Shown: piece after piece, positions 10,376 to 21,424 of the stretch
Layout of the letters: every line of letters starts with the position of its first letter
Numbering within the stretch: position 1 is the first letter of the stretch
The notes under the pieces: generated by a model
Seen by the model: the letters and a program-made list of their open reading frames with translations, nothing else
Told to the model about the DNA's origin: nothing
Databases searched by the model: none
Translations under genes and position numbers: made by a program
NCBI GenBank assembly: GCA_963740325.1
Contig: CAVUDQ010000002.1
Span: forward strand, 118,773-182,772
From: an uncultured Actinomycetota bacterium
GTDB taxonomy: Bacteria; Actinomycetota; Actinomycetes; Propionibacteriales; Nocardioidaceae
Direction: 5' to 3'
Length of the DNA stretch: 64,000 nt

Positions 10376-10665
10376 GCAGGCCACTGTGGTTCCTGGCCGG
10401 CGCCGGGGCCGGCATCTACGGCATGGTCCGCGGCCGCCGGGCCGCCGAGGCGTTCACCGCCGAGGGCCTGCACGACCGGATGAGCGCCCTGTTCCTCGGC
10501 GCCCGGATGTTCCGCGACGAGGTCGCCCAGGGGGCGGCCGACCGGGAAACCGAGTTGCGGGAACGGTTCGCCGTCGTGCCCCATGGAACCCCCGAACTGG
10601 GTTTCGAGACGGGCGCTGCGCGCCCTCCTCAACCACCGGACGAGACGAAGGAGCACAGTCGTTGA
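10372..10665 (+). CDS. DUF6167-like small membrane protein upstream of alaS
   Basis: GTG 10372; [14 protein letters not shown]; TGA overlaps alaS ATG. Confidence 0.75.
   Translation: MSRPLWFLAGAGAGIYGMVRGRRAAEAFTAEGLHDRMSALFLGARMFRDEVAQGAADRETELRERFAVVPHGTPELGFETGAARPPQPPDETKEHSR
10600..10639 (+). repeat. Palindromic REP-like repeat, subtype A, translated in the C-terminus of the DUF6167-like gene
   Basis: ggtttcgagacgggcgctgcgcgccctcctcaaccaccgg; encodes [13 protein letters not shown]. Confidence 0.8.
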
Positions 10666-13337
10666 TGGACACCGCCGAGATCCGCCGCCGGTTCACGGCC
10701 CACTTCGAACGGGCCGGACACACCGCGGTGCCGTCGGCGTCCCTGCTGCTCGACGACCCCAACCTGCTGTTCGTCAACGCCGGCATGGTGCCCTTCAAGC
10801 CCTACTTCCTGGGCCAGGAGACGCCGCCCTACGACCGCGCGGTCAGCGTGCAGAAGTGCGTCCGGACGCCCGACATCGAGGACGTCGGCAAGACCACCCG
10901 CCACGGCACGTTCTTCGAGATGTGCGGCAACTTCTCCTTCGGCGACTACTTCAAGGCGGGTGCCATCGAGCTCGGCTGGGACCTGGTCACCCGGTCGATC
11001 GACGACGGCGGCTTCGGGTTCCCCGAGGACAAGCTCTGGCCGACCGTCTACGAGGACGACGCCGAGGCGGTCGAGCTCTGGCGCAAGATCACGGGGCTGC
11101 CCGACGAGCGGATCGTGCGGCTGGGCAAGAAGGAGAACTACTGGTCGATGGGGGTGCCCGGGCCGGGCGGCCCGTGCTCGGAGATCCTGATCGACCGCGG
11201 CCCCGACTACGGTCCCGACGGCGACTTCTCCGCCGAGGACCGCTACCTGGAGTTCTGGAACCTGGTCTTCATGCAGGACGAGCTGTCGGCGGTGCGGTCC
11301 AAGGAGGACTTCGACATCGCCGGCTCGCTGCCGAGGAAGAACATCGACACCGGGATGGGTCTGGAGCGGGTCGCGTACCTGCTGCAGGGCAAGCAGAACA
11401 TGTACGAGATCGACGTCATGTTCCCGGTGATCGAGAAGGCGATGGAGCTCACCGGACGGCGCTACGGGGCCGACCACACCGACGACGTCCGGTTCCGCGT
11501 GGTGGCCGACCACGTCCGCTCCTCGATGATGCTGATCAGCGACGGCGTCACGCCCGGCAACGAGGCCCGCGGCTACGTGCTGCGGCGGTTGCTGCGGCGC
11601 GCCGTACGGTCGATGCGGCTGCTCGGCTACGAGGACCGCGCGCTGCCCGAGCTGCTGCCGGTCTCGCGCGACAAGATGGGCGAGACCTACTCCGAGCTGC
11701 ACCGCGACTGGGAACGGATCTCGACCGTCGCGTACGCCGAGGAGGACGCGTTCCGCCAGACGCTGCGTGCCGGGACGGCGATCTTCGACCTCGCCACCAC
11801 CGACGTGAAGGAGTCCGGAGGCACCCAGCTCTCGGGCGCCAAGGCGTTCAGCCTCCACGACACCTACGGCTTCCCCATCGACCTGACCCTCGAGATGGCG
11901 AGCGAGCAGGGGCTCAGCGTCGACGAGGAGGGCTTCCGCCGGTTGATGACCGAGCAGCGCGACCGCGCCAAGGCCGATGCCCGGGCCAAGAAGGGCCAGC
12001 ACCGTGACGCCTCCGCCTACCGGGCCGTGGCCGACGGGCTGGGCCGGCCGGTGGAGTTCACCGGCTACGGCGAGGTCGTGACCGAGGGATCCGTGCGCGG
12101 GATCGTGACTCCCGGCGGCGTCGTCGAGTCCGCCCGCGAGGGTCAGGAGATCGAGCTGGTCCTCGACCGGACGCCGTTCTACGCCGAGGGTGGCGGACAG
12201 CTCGCCGACCAGGGAGTCATCGAGCTCGACAACGGGGCCCGGCTCGAGGTCCGCGACGTGCAGTCGCCGATCACCGGCCTGGTGGTCCACCAGGCAGTGG
12301 TGGTCTCGGGCGAGGTCACCGTCGGGGCGGGCGCCCACTCGCTGGTCGACGTCGAGCGCCGGCGGTCGATCTCGCGCTCCCACACCGCCACCCACATGGT
12401 CCACAAGGCGTTCCGTGAGGCGCTCGGGGACACCGCCACCCAGGCCGGGTCGGAGAACAGCCCCGGCCGGTTCCGGTTCGACTTCTCCGCGACCGGCGCG
12501 GTGCCCGCCTCGGTGATGGCCGACGTCGAGGCCCGGGTCAACGACCTGGTGCTCGACGACCTCTCGGTCCACGCCGAGATCATGACCCAGGACGAGGCCG
12601 TGAAGTCCGGCGCGATGGCGCTGTTCGGAGAGAAGTACGGCGACGAGGTGCGGGTGATCTCGGTCGGCGACTGGGCCCGCGAGCTCTGCGGCGGCACCCA
12701 CGCCGTGCGCTCCGGCCAGCTCGGCGTGATCAAGCTGCTCGGCGAGTCCTCCATCGGCTCCGGCGTACGCCGGGTCGAGGCACTGGTCGGCAGCGACGCC
12801 TACCGGTTCCTCGCCCGCGAGCACGTCCTGGTCGCCCAGCTCTCCGAGGCCCTCAAGGTGCCCTCCGAGCAGCTGCCCGACCGGGTCAACGACATCGTCG
12901 AGCGACTGCGGGCGGCCGAGAAGGAGATCGAGAAGGTCCGCGTGCAGCAGCTCCTCGGCGCCGGCGCGCAGCTCGCCGAGCAGGCGGCCGACGTCGCCGG
13001 GGTGAAGGTCGTGGCCCACCGGGCCGAGGGCGCCGGTGGCGGCGACGTCCGGCAGCTCGCCCTCGACGTCCGCGGCCGGCTGCCCGTCGGCCAGCCGGGC
13101 GTGGTGGTCGTCATCGGCACCGCCGACGGCAAGGTGTCGGTCGTGGCGGCGGTCAACGACGCGGCCCGCGACCGCGGCCTGAGCGCCAACGCGCTCGTCG
13201 GGGCGATCGGGCCCCTCGTGGGCGGCCGCGGCGGCGGCAAGGACGACCTGGCCCAGGGCGGCGGCAGCGACGCTTCCCGCGTCGACGAGGCGCTGGCGCT
13301 CGTCGCCACCGAGGTCGGCCGCGCCGTCGGCGCGTAG
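10665..13337 (+). CDS. alaS: Alanine--tRNA ligase
   Basis: [41 protein letters not shown], editing HTATHMVH and ELCGGTH, GGRGGGK. Confidence 0.98.
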   Translation: MDTAEIRRRFTAHFERAGHTAVPSASLLLDDPNLLFVNAGMVPFKPYFLGQETPPYDRAVSVQKCVRTPDIEDVGKTTRHGTFFEMCGNFSFGDYFKAGAIELGWDLVTRSIDDGGFGFPEDKLWPTVYEDDAEAVELWRKITGLPDERIVRLGKKENYWSMGVPGPGGPCSEILIDRGPDYGPDGDFSAEDRYLEFWNLVFMQDELSAVRSKEDFDIAGSLPRKNIDTGMGLERVAYLLQGKQNMYEIDVMFPVIEKAMELTGRRYGADHTDDVRFRVVADHVRSSMMLISDGVTPGNEARGYVLRRLLRRAVRSMRLLGYEDRALPELLPVSRDKMGETYSELHRDWERISTVAYAEEDAFRQTLRAGTAIFDLATTDVKESGGTQLSGAKAFSLHDTYGFPIDLTLEMASEQGLSVDEEGFRRLMTEQRDRAKADARAKKGQHRDASAYRAVADGLGRPVEFTGYGEVVTEGSVRGIVTPGGVVESAREGQEIELVLDRTPFYAEGGGQLADQGVIELDNGARLEVRDVQSPITGLVVHQAVVVSGEVTVGAGAHSLVDVERRRSISRSHTATHMVHKAFREALGDTATQAGSENSPGRFRFDFSATGAVPASVMADVEARVNDLVLDDLSVHAEIMTQDEAVKSGAMALFGEKYGDEVRVISVGDWARELCGGTHAVRSGQLGVIKLLGESSIGSGVRRVEALVGSDAYRFLAREHVLVAQLSEALKVPSEQLPDRVNDIVERLRAAEKEIEKVRVQQLLGAGAQLAEQAADVAGVKVVAHRAEGAGGGDVRQLALDVRGRLPVGQPGVVVVIGTADGKVSVVAAVNDAARDRGLSANALVGAIGPLVGGRGGGKDDLAQGGGSDASRVDEALALVATEVGRAVGA

Positions 13338-13351
13338 CGAACAGGAGCCCG

Positions 13352-13810
13352 ATGCGCCACGGCGTACGACTCGGCGTCGACCCAGGGGACTCCCGGGTCG
13401 GCGTGGCCCGCAGCGACCCCTCCGGCTTCCTCGCGACACCGGTCGAGACGCTGCGCCGCGGTCAGGGCGACCTGCGTCGTCTGGCCCGGCTGGTGCAGGA
13501 GGAGGAGGTCGTCGAGGTGGTCGTCGGCCTGCCCCGCTCGCTGTCCGGGGGTGAGGGGCCGGCCGCGGCCAAGGCGCGGGAGTACGCCGCCCGGCTGGCC
13601 GAGCGGGTGGCGCCGGTCCCGGTGCGCCTCGTCGACGAGCGTCTGACGACCGTGTCGGCGGAGGCTATGCTGCGCGATCGGGGGAAGAAGGGTCAGCAGC
13701 GGCGGGGGGTCGTCGACCAGGCGGCCGCGGTGATGATCTTGCAGCACGCACTGGACACCGAACGTGCCACGGGTGCGCCCCCTGGCGAGCCCGTCGAGAG
13801 GGATGGATGA
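13352..13810 (+). CDS. ruvX: RuvX/YqgF family nuclease
   Basis: LGVDPGDSRVGVARSDP, VVVGLP, DERLTT, VDQAAAVMILQ; follows alaS. Confidence 0.95.
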   Translation: MRHGVRLGVDPGDSRVGVARSDPSGFLATPVETLRRGQGDLRRLARLVQEEEVVEVVVGLPRSLSGGEGPAAAKAREYAARLAERVAPVPVRLVDERLTTVSAEAMLRDRGKKGQQRRGVVDQAAAVMILQHALDTERATGAPPGEPVERDG

Positions 13811-14961
13811 GCGACCAACGGACGGACTCCCCGCTCGGGAACGTCTACTACGAGGGCGGCCGCCGTCGGCGGAAGCGCCGCGGACGCAGCATCCCGGGGT
13901 GCCTGGCCGTCCTGGTGGCCCTCGCCGTCGTCGTGGGCGGTCTCTGGTTCGGCGTCACCCGGGGCGTCGACTTCATCCGTGACCAGTTCGCCGACCCGGC
14001 CGACTACGCGGGCCCCGGCAAGGGCAAGGTCGTGTTCGAGGTCGAGGAGGGCGACTCGATCGCCGCGATGGGTCGCGGTCTGAAGGAGCAGGGCGTGGTG
14101 GCGTCGGTGCAGGCGTTCATCAACGCGGCCGAGGCCGACCCGGAGTCGGTCGGCATCCAGGTCGGCTTCTACAAGATGCAGAAGGAGCTGCCCGCTGCTG
14201 ATGCGCTCGACGTGCTGCTGGACCCCGACAACATCCTCAAGAACACCGTCACCATCCCCGAGGGGCTGACGGTCGACGACATCCTGGCGACTCTCGCGAA
14301 GGAGACCGACTTCTCGGTGGCGCAGTACGAGCAGGTGCTCGACGACCCGGGCAAGCTCGGGCTGCCCGACTACGCCAGGGGCGAGGCCGAGGGCTACCTG
14401 TTCCCGTCGACCTACGACTTCGGGCCGCAGGAGACGCCGACCACGGTCCTCGCCGCGATGGTCGACCGGTGGCGGCAGTCGGCGGAGGAGGCCGACCTCG
14501 AGGCCCGGGCCGAGGAGCTCGGCTACACCCCCCACGAGCTGATGACCGTGGCCAGCCTGGTGGAGTCCGAGGCCGCCCGCGACGAGGATCGGGGCAAGGT
14601 CGCGCGCGTGATCTACAACCGGCTCACCGGCAACGAGACCGACGGCCTGCTGCAGATCGACGCCACCGTCAACTACGCGGCCGACAACGACCTGGGCGCG
14701 GTGCCGACCACCGAGGACCTCGAGATCGACTCGCCGTACAACACCTACCAGAACCCCGGGCTGCCGCCCGGGCCGATCGAGGCGCCCGGCGACGCGGCGA
14801 TCGCGGCGGCGGCCGCCCCGACCGAGGGCGACTGGTACTACTACGTCACCGTCAACCTCCGGACGGGCGAGACCAAGTTCGCCGAGACCTACGACGAGTT
14901 CCTGACCTACAAGGACGAGCTGCGCGAGTACTGTGCCACCGAGTCCAGCGGCGCCTGCTGA
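13807..14961 (+). CDS. mltG: Endolytic transglycosylase MltG
   Basis: N-terminal TM; EGYLFPSTY, ASLVESE, LQIDATVNY, SPYNTY, GLPPGPI. Confidence 0.95.
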   Translation: MSDQRTDSPLGNVYYEGGRRRRKRRGRSIPGCLAVLVALAVVVGGLWFGVTRGVDFIRDQFADPADYAGPGKGKVVFEVEEGDSIAAMGRGLKEQGVVASVQAFINAAEADPESVGIQVGFYKMQKELPAADALDVLLDPDNILKNTVTIPEGLTVDDILATLAKETDFSVAQYEQVLDDPGKLGLPDYARGEAEGYLFPSTYDFGPQETPTTVLAAMVDRWRQSAEEADLEARAEELGYTPHELMTVASLVESEAARDEDRGKVARVIYNRLTGNETDGLLQIDATVNYAADNDLGAVPTTEDLEIDSPYNTYQNPGLPPGPIEAPGDAAIAAAAAPTEGDWYYYVTVNLRTGETKFAETYDEFLTYKDELREYCATESSGAC

Positions 14962-14964
14962 CCG

Positions 14965-15780
14965 ATGCCCGCGGCAATGCACTGCGCCGTCCTGGGTGAC
15001 CCCATTGGTCACTCGCTCTCGCCGGTCCTCCACCGGGCGGCGTACGACGCGGTGGGGCTCGACTGGACCTACGAGGCGGTACGGGTGCCGGCCGGCGGTC
15101 TGGCCGGCTTCGTCGCGGGCCTCGACGACGGCTGGCGCGGGCTCTCGGTCACGATGCCGCTGAAGCGGGAGGCGCTGGCGCTCGGGGAGCCGACGACCGA
15201 CCGGGCGCGGCTGGCGGGCTCGGCCAACACGCTGGTACGCCGGGCCGACGGCTGGCTGGCCGACAACACCGATCTCCCGGGGGCCGCCGCGGCGGTCCGG
15301 GAGCGGTGGCACGGCCCGGTGCGGTCCGTCACGGTCCTCGGCGGCGGGGCGACCGCGGCGTCGGTCGCGTTGGCCCTGTGCGACCTGGGCGCCCGTGAGG
15401 TGCGGCTGCTCGTGCGCTCCGCGGAACGGGCCGCCGACACCGCCGCCGTGGTCCGCCACCACCCGGCGTCGCCGGAGGTGGAGGTCGGCGCCCTCACCGA
15501 CCCGATCACGGGCGACGTCGTCGTGTCGACGGTCCCCGTGGAGGCGCAGACCCCGGACCTGGTGGGACGCTGCGCCGGCGTCCCGGTCGTGTTCGAGGTC
15601 CGCTACGACCCGTGGCCGACCCCGCTCGCCGCGGCGGCCGCAGGCCGGGTGCTGGTCTCGGGGCTCGACCTGCTGGTCCACCAGGCCGCCGACCAGTTCG
15701 CGCTGTTCACCGGCCTACCTGCCCCCCTGGCCGAGATGCGCCGCGCCGGCGAGGCCGCGGTGTCCGGGGAACTGCGGTGA
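14965..15780 (+). CDS. aroE: Shikimate dehydrogenase
   Basis: AVLGDPIGHSLSP, GLSVTMPLK, ANT, NTD, LGGGATA, GLDLLVHQA. Confidence 0.93.
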   Translation: MPAAMHCAVLGDPIGHSLSPVLHRAAYDAVGLDWTYEAVRVPAGGLAGFVAGLDDGWRGLSVTMPLKREALALGEPTTDRARLAGSANTLVRRADGWLADNTDLPGAAAAVRERWHGPVRSVTVLGGGATAASVALALCDLGAREVRLLVRSAERAADTAAVVRHHPASPEVEVGALTDPITGDVVVSTVPVEAQTPDLVGRCAGVPVVFEVRYDPWPTPLAAAAAGRVLVSGLDLLVHQAADQFALFTGLPAPLAEMRRAGEAAVSGELR

Positions 15781-16541
15781 CCTGGATGGTGCCGCTCGCC
15801 TGCGCGGCGGCGGCCGGGCTCGGTGGGTTCGCCGTGCCGTGGCTGGTCGGGCGGCTGCCCGAGCCCGACCCTCGCCCCGCACCGTCCTCGTCGGAGGCCG
15901 AGGACGACGCCGCCGAGCCGGCCCCGGTCGACGACCCGGAGCCGCCGAAGGTCCCGTACGCCGAGCTGGCCACCCGCCCCGGCCTCGGCTGGCGCTCGGC
16001 GCTGGTCGGCGCCGTCGTCGGTGCGGCGATCGGCGCCGTGGTGGGCGACGACTGGTGGCTCGTCGTGCTGGTGCCGCTGGTCCCGGTGTGCGTGGCGCTG
16101 TCGTTCATCGACTGGCACACCAAGCTGCTGCCCACGCGGCTGGTGCTCCCCGCGACGGCGTACGCCCTGCTGGGCGCCGTCGTCGGCTGGGCGGTCACCC
16201 AGCAGACCGACGACCTGGTGCGGGCGCTGCTCGGCCTGCTGGTCGCGCGCAGCTTTTTCTGGCTGCTGTGGTTCATCCACTCCGCCGGCATGGGCTTCGG
16301 TGACGTCCGGCTCGCGGCCCTGCTCGGCCTCGCGCTGGGGCACCTCGGCTGGGCCGAGCTGCTCACGGGCATCTACGCCGGGTTCCTCGTCTTCGGGCTG
16401 CCCGGGCTGCTGCTGGCGGTCGTGCGGCGCGACCGCCGGCTGCTGCGGACGGCGTTCCCGTTCGGCCCGTTCATGCTGGTCGGCGCGCTGCTGGGCGTGC
16501 TCGTCGGTCCCTGGCTCGCCGCCTATCTCGCGTGGCGCTGA
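15777..16541 (+). CDS. A24 family (prepilin) peptidase
   Basis: GTG overlaps aroE stop; FIDWHTKLLP, GMGFGDVRLA, FPFGPFM. Confidence 0.88.
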   Translation: MTWMVPLACAAAAGLGGFAVPWLVGRLPEPDPRPAPSSSEAEDDAAEPAPVDDPEPPKVPYAELATRPGLGWRSALVGAVVGAAIGAVVGDDWWLVVLVPLVPVCVALSFIDWHTKLLPTRLVLPATAYALLGAVVGWAVTQQTDDLVRALLGLLVARSFFWLLWFIHSAGMGFGDVRLAALLGLALGHLGWAELLTGIYAGFLVFGLPGLLLAVVRRDRRLLRTAFPFGPFMLVGALLGVLVGPWLAAYLAWR

Positions 16542-16581
16542 CGCCGTCCGGCGCCACGACGCCGTCTGAAAGACTGGCGCC

Positions 16582-17760
16582 ATGCTGCGCTGGTTGACCG
16601 CGGGTGAGTCCCACGGCCCCTCCCTGGTCGCGATCCTGGAGGGGCTGCCCGCCCACGTCGCGATCACCTCCGACGACCTCGTCGACGCGCTCGCCCGGCG
16701 CCGGCTGGGCTACGGCCGGGGCGCCCGCATGAAGTTCGAGCGGGACGAGGTCACCATGGTCGGCGGGGTCCGCCACGGCCGCACCCAGGGTGGCCCGGTG
16801 GCGATCCAGATCGGCAACACCGAATGGCCCAAGTGGGAACAGGTGATGTCCGCCGACCCGGTCGACCCCGCGGTGCTCGAGGGACTGGCCCGCAACGCCG
16901 CGCTGACCAGGCCCCGGCCGGGGCACGCCGACCTGGTCGGCATGCAGAAGTACGCCTTCGACGAGGCGAGACCGGTCCTCGAGCGGGCCTCGGCCCGGGA
17001 GACCGCGGCCCGGGTGGCGCTCGGTCGGGTGGCGACCAACTTCCTCGAGCAGGCCGTCGGCGCGAGCCTGGTCTCCCACGTGGTCGAGCTCGGCGGTGTC
17101 CCCGCACCCTCCGGCGTGGTCCCCGGTCCCGACGACCTCGCCCGGCTCGACGCCGACCCGGTGCGCTGCCTCGACCCCGAGGCCAGCGCCGAGATGGTGG
17201 CGCGGATCGACCGCGCCCAGAACGACGGCGACACCCTCGGCGGCGTCGTCGAGGTGGTCGTCCACGGGCTGCCGCCGGGGCTCGGCTCCCACGTCCACTG
17301 GGACCGGCGGCTCGACTCCCGGCTGGCGGGTGCGCTGATGGGCATCCAGGCGATCAAGGGCGTCGAGGTCGGCGACGGGTTCGAGCTCGCCGCGACCCCG
17401 GGGTCGGAGGCCCACGACGAGATCGTGCCGACCGACAAGGGCCTGCGCCGTACGTCGGGACGCTCTGGGGGCACCGAGGGCGGGATGTCGACCGGCGAGG
17501 TGCTGCGGGTGCGGGCGGCGATGAAGCCGATCGCCACCGTGCCGCGGGCGCTGCGCACCGTCGACCTCGCCACCGGCGAGCAGACGACCGCCCACCACCA
17601 GCGCTCCGACGTGTGCGCCGTGCCGGCGGCGGGCATCGTCGCCGAGGCGATGGTGGCGCTCGTGCTGGCCGACGCGGTGGTCGAGAAGTTCGGGGGCGAC
17701 TCGGTGATGGAGACCCGGCGCAACGCCGAGTCCTACCTCGACACCCTGAGGTTCAGATGA
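16582..17760 (+). CDS. aroC: Chorismate synthase
   Basis: [47 protein letters not shown]. Confidence 0.98.
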   Translation: MLRWLTAGESHGPSLVAILEGLPAHVAITSDDLVDALARRRLGYGRGARMKFERDEVTMVGGVRHGRTQGGPVAIQIGNTEWPKWEQVMSADPVDPAVLEGLARNAALTRPRPGHADLVGMQKYAFDEARPVLERASARETAARVALGRVATNFLEQAVGASLVSHVVELGGVPAPSGVVPGPDDLARLDADPVRCLDPEASAEMVARIDRAQNDGDTLGGVVEVVVHGLPPGLGSHVHWDRRLDSRLAGALMGIQAIKGVEVGDGFELAATPGSEAHDEIVPTDKGLRRTSGRSGGTEGGMSTGEVLRVRAAMKPIATVPRALRTVDLATGEQTTAHHQRSDVCAVPAAGIVAEAMVALVLADAVVEKFGGDSVMETRRNAESYLDTLRFR

Positions 17761-18281
17761 CTCCAGTGCCGGTGACGACTCCTCGGGTGGTCCTCGTCGG
17801 ACCGATGGGCGCGGGAAAGACGACGGTGGCGGGGCTGGTGGCCGACGCCTGGGGCGTGCCGGTGCGCGACACGGACGCCGACATCGTCGCCGGCGAGGGG
17901 CGCAGCATCGCCGAGATCTTCGTCGACGACGGCGAGGAGCGGTTCCGGGCGATCGAGAGGGCGGCCGTGGCCGAGGCACTGGCCGCCCATGAGGGCGTGC
18001 TCGCGCTCGGCGGCGGCGCCGTGCTCGACGAGGGGACCCGGGAGGCGCTCGCGGGGCGCACGGTGGTGTTCCTGCGGGTCGGGCTCTCCGACGCGGTGAA
18101 GCGGGTCGGGCTGGGCTCCGGCCGCCCACTGCTGCTCGGCAACGTCCGCGCCCGCATCAAGACCCTGCTCGACGAGCGGACCCCGATCTACGAGGCCGTG
18201 GCCACCCACGTCGTCGACACCGACGGCCGGACCCCCGACGAGGTCGCCGCCGACGTACGCCGGCTGCTGGAGGCGCCGTGA
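17757..18281 (+). CDS. aroK: Shikimate kinase
   Basis: ATGA overlap; [30 protein letters not shown] motif. Confidence 0.95.
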   Translation: MTPVPVTTPRVVLVGPMGAGKTTVAGLVADAWGVPVRDTDADIVAGEGRSIAEIFVDDGEERFRAIERAAVAEALAAHEGVLALGGGAVLDEGTREALAGRTVVFLRVGLSDAVKRVGLGSGRPLLLGNVRARIKTLLDERTPIYEAVATHVVDTDGRTPDEVAADVRRLLEAP

Positions 18282-19372
18282 AGACGACGGTGCTCCACGT
18301 CGACGGTCCCTCGCCCTACGACGTCGTGGTCGGTCGCGACCTGACCGGCCGGTTGCCGGGCGTGCTCGGCGCGGGGGTGCAGCGGGTGGCCGTCCTCTAC
18401 TCGGACCGGCAGGCCGAGCGGGCCCAGCCGCTGGTCGACGCGCTGGTCGAGCACCACGACGTGCTCGCGCTCGGGCTGCCCGACGGCGAGGAGGCGAAGG
18501 CCGCGGCGGTGGCCCACGACTGCTGGGAGGCGCTGGGGGAGCGCGGCTTCACCCGCTCCGACGCCGTGGTGACGTTCGGGGGCGGCGCGGTCACCGACCT
18601 CGGCGGCTTCGTCGCCGCGACCTGGCTGCGGGGAGTGGCGGTCGTGCACGTCCCGACGACGCTGCTCGGCATGGTCGACGCGGCGGTCGGCGGCAAGACC
18701 GGCATCAACACCTCGGCCGGCAAGAACCTCGTCGGCTCCTTCCACGAGCCCCGCGGCGTGCTGTGCGACCTGGCGACGCTCGAGACCCTGCCTCGGCGGG
18801 ACCTCGTCGCCGGGCTCGGGGAGGTCGTCAAGTGCGGCTTCATCGCCGATCCCCGGATCCTGGAGCTGGTCGAACAGACCGATCCCACGTCGCTCACGGC
18901 CGACTCGGACGTGCTGCGCGAGCTGGTCGAGCGGGCGATCCGGGTCAAGATCGACGTGGTCGTCGGCGACCTGAGGGAGACCGGCGGCAAGGGCGGGGTC
19001 GGACGCGAGGTGCTGAACTACGGCCACACGCTCGCTCACGCCATCGAGCGCGCGGAGGGCTACCGGATGCGGCACGGCGACGCGGTCTCGCTCGGCTGCG
19101 TCTACGCCGCCGAGCTGGCGGGCCTCGCGGGGCTGCTCGATCCCGGCACCGTGGCGCGGCACCGCGACGTGCTGCAGCGGGTCGGGCTGCCCACGACGTA
19201 CTCGAATGCCGGCTTCGAGGAGCTGCTGGCCACGATGCGCGTGGACAAGAAGGCGCGCGGGTCGCAGATCCGCTTCGTCGCGCTCGAAGGAGTGGGCAGG
19301 CCCGTGGTGCTGGAGCCGACCGACGAGCAGCTGCGAGCGGCATGGGAACGGATCGGAGGAGGAGCAGCATGA
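18278..19372 (+). CDS. aroB: 3-dehydroquinate synthase
   Basis: GGGAVTDLGGF, PTTLLGMVDAAVGGKTGIN, EVVKCG, LNYGHT, DKK. Confidence 0.97.
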   Translation: MKTTVLHVDGPSPYDVVVGRDLTGRLPGVLGAGVQRVAVLYSDRQAERAQPLVDALVEHHDVLALGLPDGEEAKAAAVAHDCWEALGERGFTRSDAVVTFGGGAVTDLGGFVAATWLRGVAVVHVPTTLLGMVDAAVGGKTGINTSAGKNLVGSFHEPRGVLCDLATLETLPRRDLVAGLGEVVKCGFIADPRILELVEQTDPTSLTADSDVLRELVERAIRVKIDVVVGDLRETGGKGGVGREVLNYGHTLAHAIERAEGYRMRHGDAVSLGCVYAAELAGLAGLLDPGTVARHRDVLQRVGLPTTYSNAGFEELLATMRVDKKARGSQIRFVALEGVGRPVVLEPTDEQLRAAWERIGGGAA

Positions 19373-19824
19373 TGCCCATGGGGTCGGTGCCGGAGCGGGT
19401 GTGGGTCCTCAACGGGCCCAACCTCGGACGACTGGGTCGGCGGCAGCCGGAGATCTACGGCACCACGACGCTCGCCGAGCTGGGGCACCTGTGCGAGCAC
19501 TGGGGCCGCGAGCTCGGCCTCGAGGTCGAGACCCGGCAGACCAACCACGAGGGCGAGCTGCTCGACTGGCTGAACCAGGCGGCCGACCAGCAGGTCGCCG
19601 TCGTCCTCAATGCCGCGGCGTGGACCCACTACTCGTGGGCCGTCTACGACGCCTGCGCCCAGCTGACCGCCCCGCTGGTCGAGGTGCACATCTCTGACCC
19701 GAAGCAGCGACCCGAGCCGTTCCGGCACACCTCGGTGATCGAGCCGCATGCCGTGGCGACGGTTGCCGGGCAGGGGATCGACGGCTACCGGCAGGCGCTC
19801 GAGATCGTCTCCCGGTCGGCCTGA
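19369..19824 (+). CDS. aroQ: Type II 3-dehydroquinate dehydratase
   Basis: VLNGPNLGRLGRRQPEIYG, QTNHEG, NAAAWTHYS, EVHISD. Confidence 0.95.
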   Translation: MMPMGSVPERVWVLNGPNLGRLGRRQPEIYGTTTLAELGHLCEHWGRELGLEVETRQTNHEGELLDWLNQAADQQVAVVLNAAAWTHYSWAVYDACAQLTAPLVEVHISDPKQRPEPFRHTSVIEPHAVATVAGQGIDGYRQALEIVSRSA

Positions 19825-20008
19825 CGCGGCGCGGTGGGTGGTCCACCCCCCTTCCCTAGCGGTGGAGGAGGTACCGGCGACTCCCGGGGCGCCGTGTCGG
19901 CGTTGGGTGGTACCGTGACCCGGCCAGGAACGGTGGAGGAGCCACCGGTGCCCGATCATGACAATGGTCGCGCCTGGCTGAGACACTCTGCCCGCGGAGG
20001 TGGGGGAG

Positions 20009-20755
20009 ATGACGGTGACGACGGCGGCGCGTGCGCCGCTCGGTGAGGAACTGCGGGCGGCGGGGGAGCAAGCCGTCCGCACGTTCGCGACGATCTCGTT
20101 GGTGGGGGCACTGTGCGGCGCCTTCGCGGTGGGCGTGCTCGGCCGGCTCGCGATGCGACTGCTGGCCTACCTCAACCCGGTCGCGACCGGCGTGACCAGC
20201 GACGACGGCTTCGAGATCGGGCAGGTCACACTCGCTGGCTCGCTCCAGCTGGCGGGGGCGGGGATCCAGATCGGGCTGATGGGCGCCCTGGGCTACGCCG
20301 TCCTGCGCGGCCTCATGGTCGGGCCGCCCTGGTTCCGGCTGGCGTCCATCTCGCTGGGGCCCGGCGTCGTGGCGGGGGCGATGATCGTCGGCCCGGAGGG
20401 CGTCGACTTCCGCCTGCTCGATCCGGTGTGGCTCGCCGTGGCGCTCTTCGTGGCGGTCCCCACGGCGTACGTCGCCCTCCTGAGCATCGTCGCCGAGCGG
20501 TTGCTCGCGCGGCGTGAGCTCCCGTGGCCGCTGCTCCTCGTCGGCCTGGCAGTGTGGGTGGTGGTGCTGCCGCTCGTGCCCCTGGCCCTCGCGGCCCTCG
20601 CCGGGGTGCTGGCCCTGAGCGTCCTGCGCAGGACCCGTGCCGGAGAGCGGCTGCTCGGCTCGCCGATCGTCCCGTGGGTGCTGCGCTGCGCCCTCGCGGC
20701 GGTGTTCGTGTGGGCCGTGGCCGACCTGGCCGCCGACGCGGCCACCCTGTCCTGA
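20009..20755 (+). CDS. Hypothetical multi-pass membrane protein
   Basis: Six to seven hydrophobic segments; GGAG RBS. Confidence 0.75.
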   Translation: MTVTTAARAPLGEELRAAGEQAVRTFATISLVGALCGAFAVGVLGRLAMRLLAYLNPVATGVTSDDGFEIGQVTLAGSLQLAGAGIQIGLMGALGYAVLRGLMVGPPWFRLASISLGPGVVAGAMIVGPEGVDFRLLDPVWLAVALFVAVPTAYVALLSIVAERLLARRELPWPLLLVGLAVWVVVLPLVPLALAALAGVLALSVLRRTRAGERLLGSPIVPWVLRCALAAVFVWAVADLAADAATLS

Positions 20756-20775
20756 CCCGCTCGTACGATGGCGGC

Positions 20776-21300
20776 ATGAGCCGGGTGGCCTGGCTGGCGC
20801 TGGTCCTGGTGGCCGCAGGCTGCGGCGCGCCGGCTCCCGACGGCGACGAGCGACCAGCCGACGGAACCGCCGCGTCGTCGACGCCGGACCCCACGGTCGA
20901 GTCGTCACCCTCGCCGAAGCAGGTCCCGCCCGCGCGAGACCGCGGGACGATGGTGACCGTGGGGGGCAGCCCGTTCGGGCAGATGCTCTTCGACCGGCGC
21001 GGCCAGGCGATCTACCTGTTCGAGCCCGAGGCCGACGGTCGGCCCGCCTGCTACGACGCCTGCGAGACGGCCTGGCCACCCGTGCTGACCGAGGGCGCGC
21101 CGGTCGCGGACGACGGACTGCGACCCGGCCTCCTCGGCACCGTCGAGCGCCGCGACGGCTCGCGCCAGGTCACCTACGGCGGCTGGCCGCTCTACTTCTA
21201 CGCCCACGAGGACCCCGGAGAGGTGCTCTGCCACGACGTGGTCCTCAACGGGGGCCTCTGGCTGGCGATCGGACCAGACGGTCGCGCGCTCCCCACCTGA
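20776..21300 (+). CDS. COG4315-like lipoprotein (secreted repeat family)
   Basis: Lipobox AAGC; LYLF, CYDAC..AWPPV, QVTYGGWPLYFY; TACGAT-N6-ATG. Confidence 0.85.
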   Translation: MSRVAWLALVLVAAGCGAPAPDGDERPADGTAASSTPDPTVESSPSPKQVPPARDRGTMVTVGGSPFGQMLFDRRGQAIYLFEPEADGRPACYDACETAWPPVLTEGAPVADDGLRPGLLGTVERRDGSRQVTYGGWPLYFYAHEDPGEVLCHDVVLNGGLWLAIGPDGRALPT

Positions 21301-21424
21301 CCGGCGGTTGTTCCTCCACCGTTCCGAGGCTCCGGACGGGGAAGACCCACCGCCGACTTGCGGGGCCCGGAACCGGGATGCCGGACACCGCGTCGAAGCC
21401 TCACCACCGAGAGAGGACGACGAC

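Noticed and set aside
10629-13439. 936-aa antisense ORF over alaS, and similar long shadow ORFs (987-2723, 6281-8887, 24427-27972, 40179-42515, 53799-56456)
   Set aside because: Expected from stop-codon scarcity in very high-GC coding DNA; no motifs, and they mirror real genes
15777-16541. Prepilin peptidase as a sign of a type IV or Tad pilus locus
   Set aside because: No pilin or assembly genes nearby; an A24 peptidase between aroE and aroC is, as I recall, an ordinary actinobacterial arrangement
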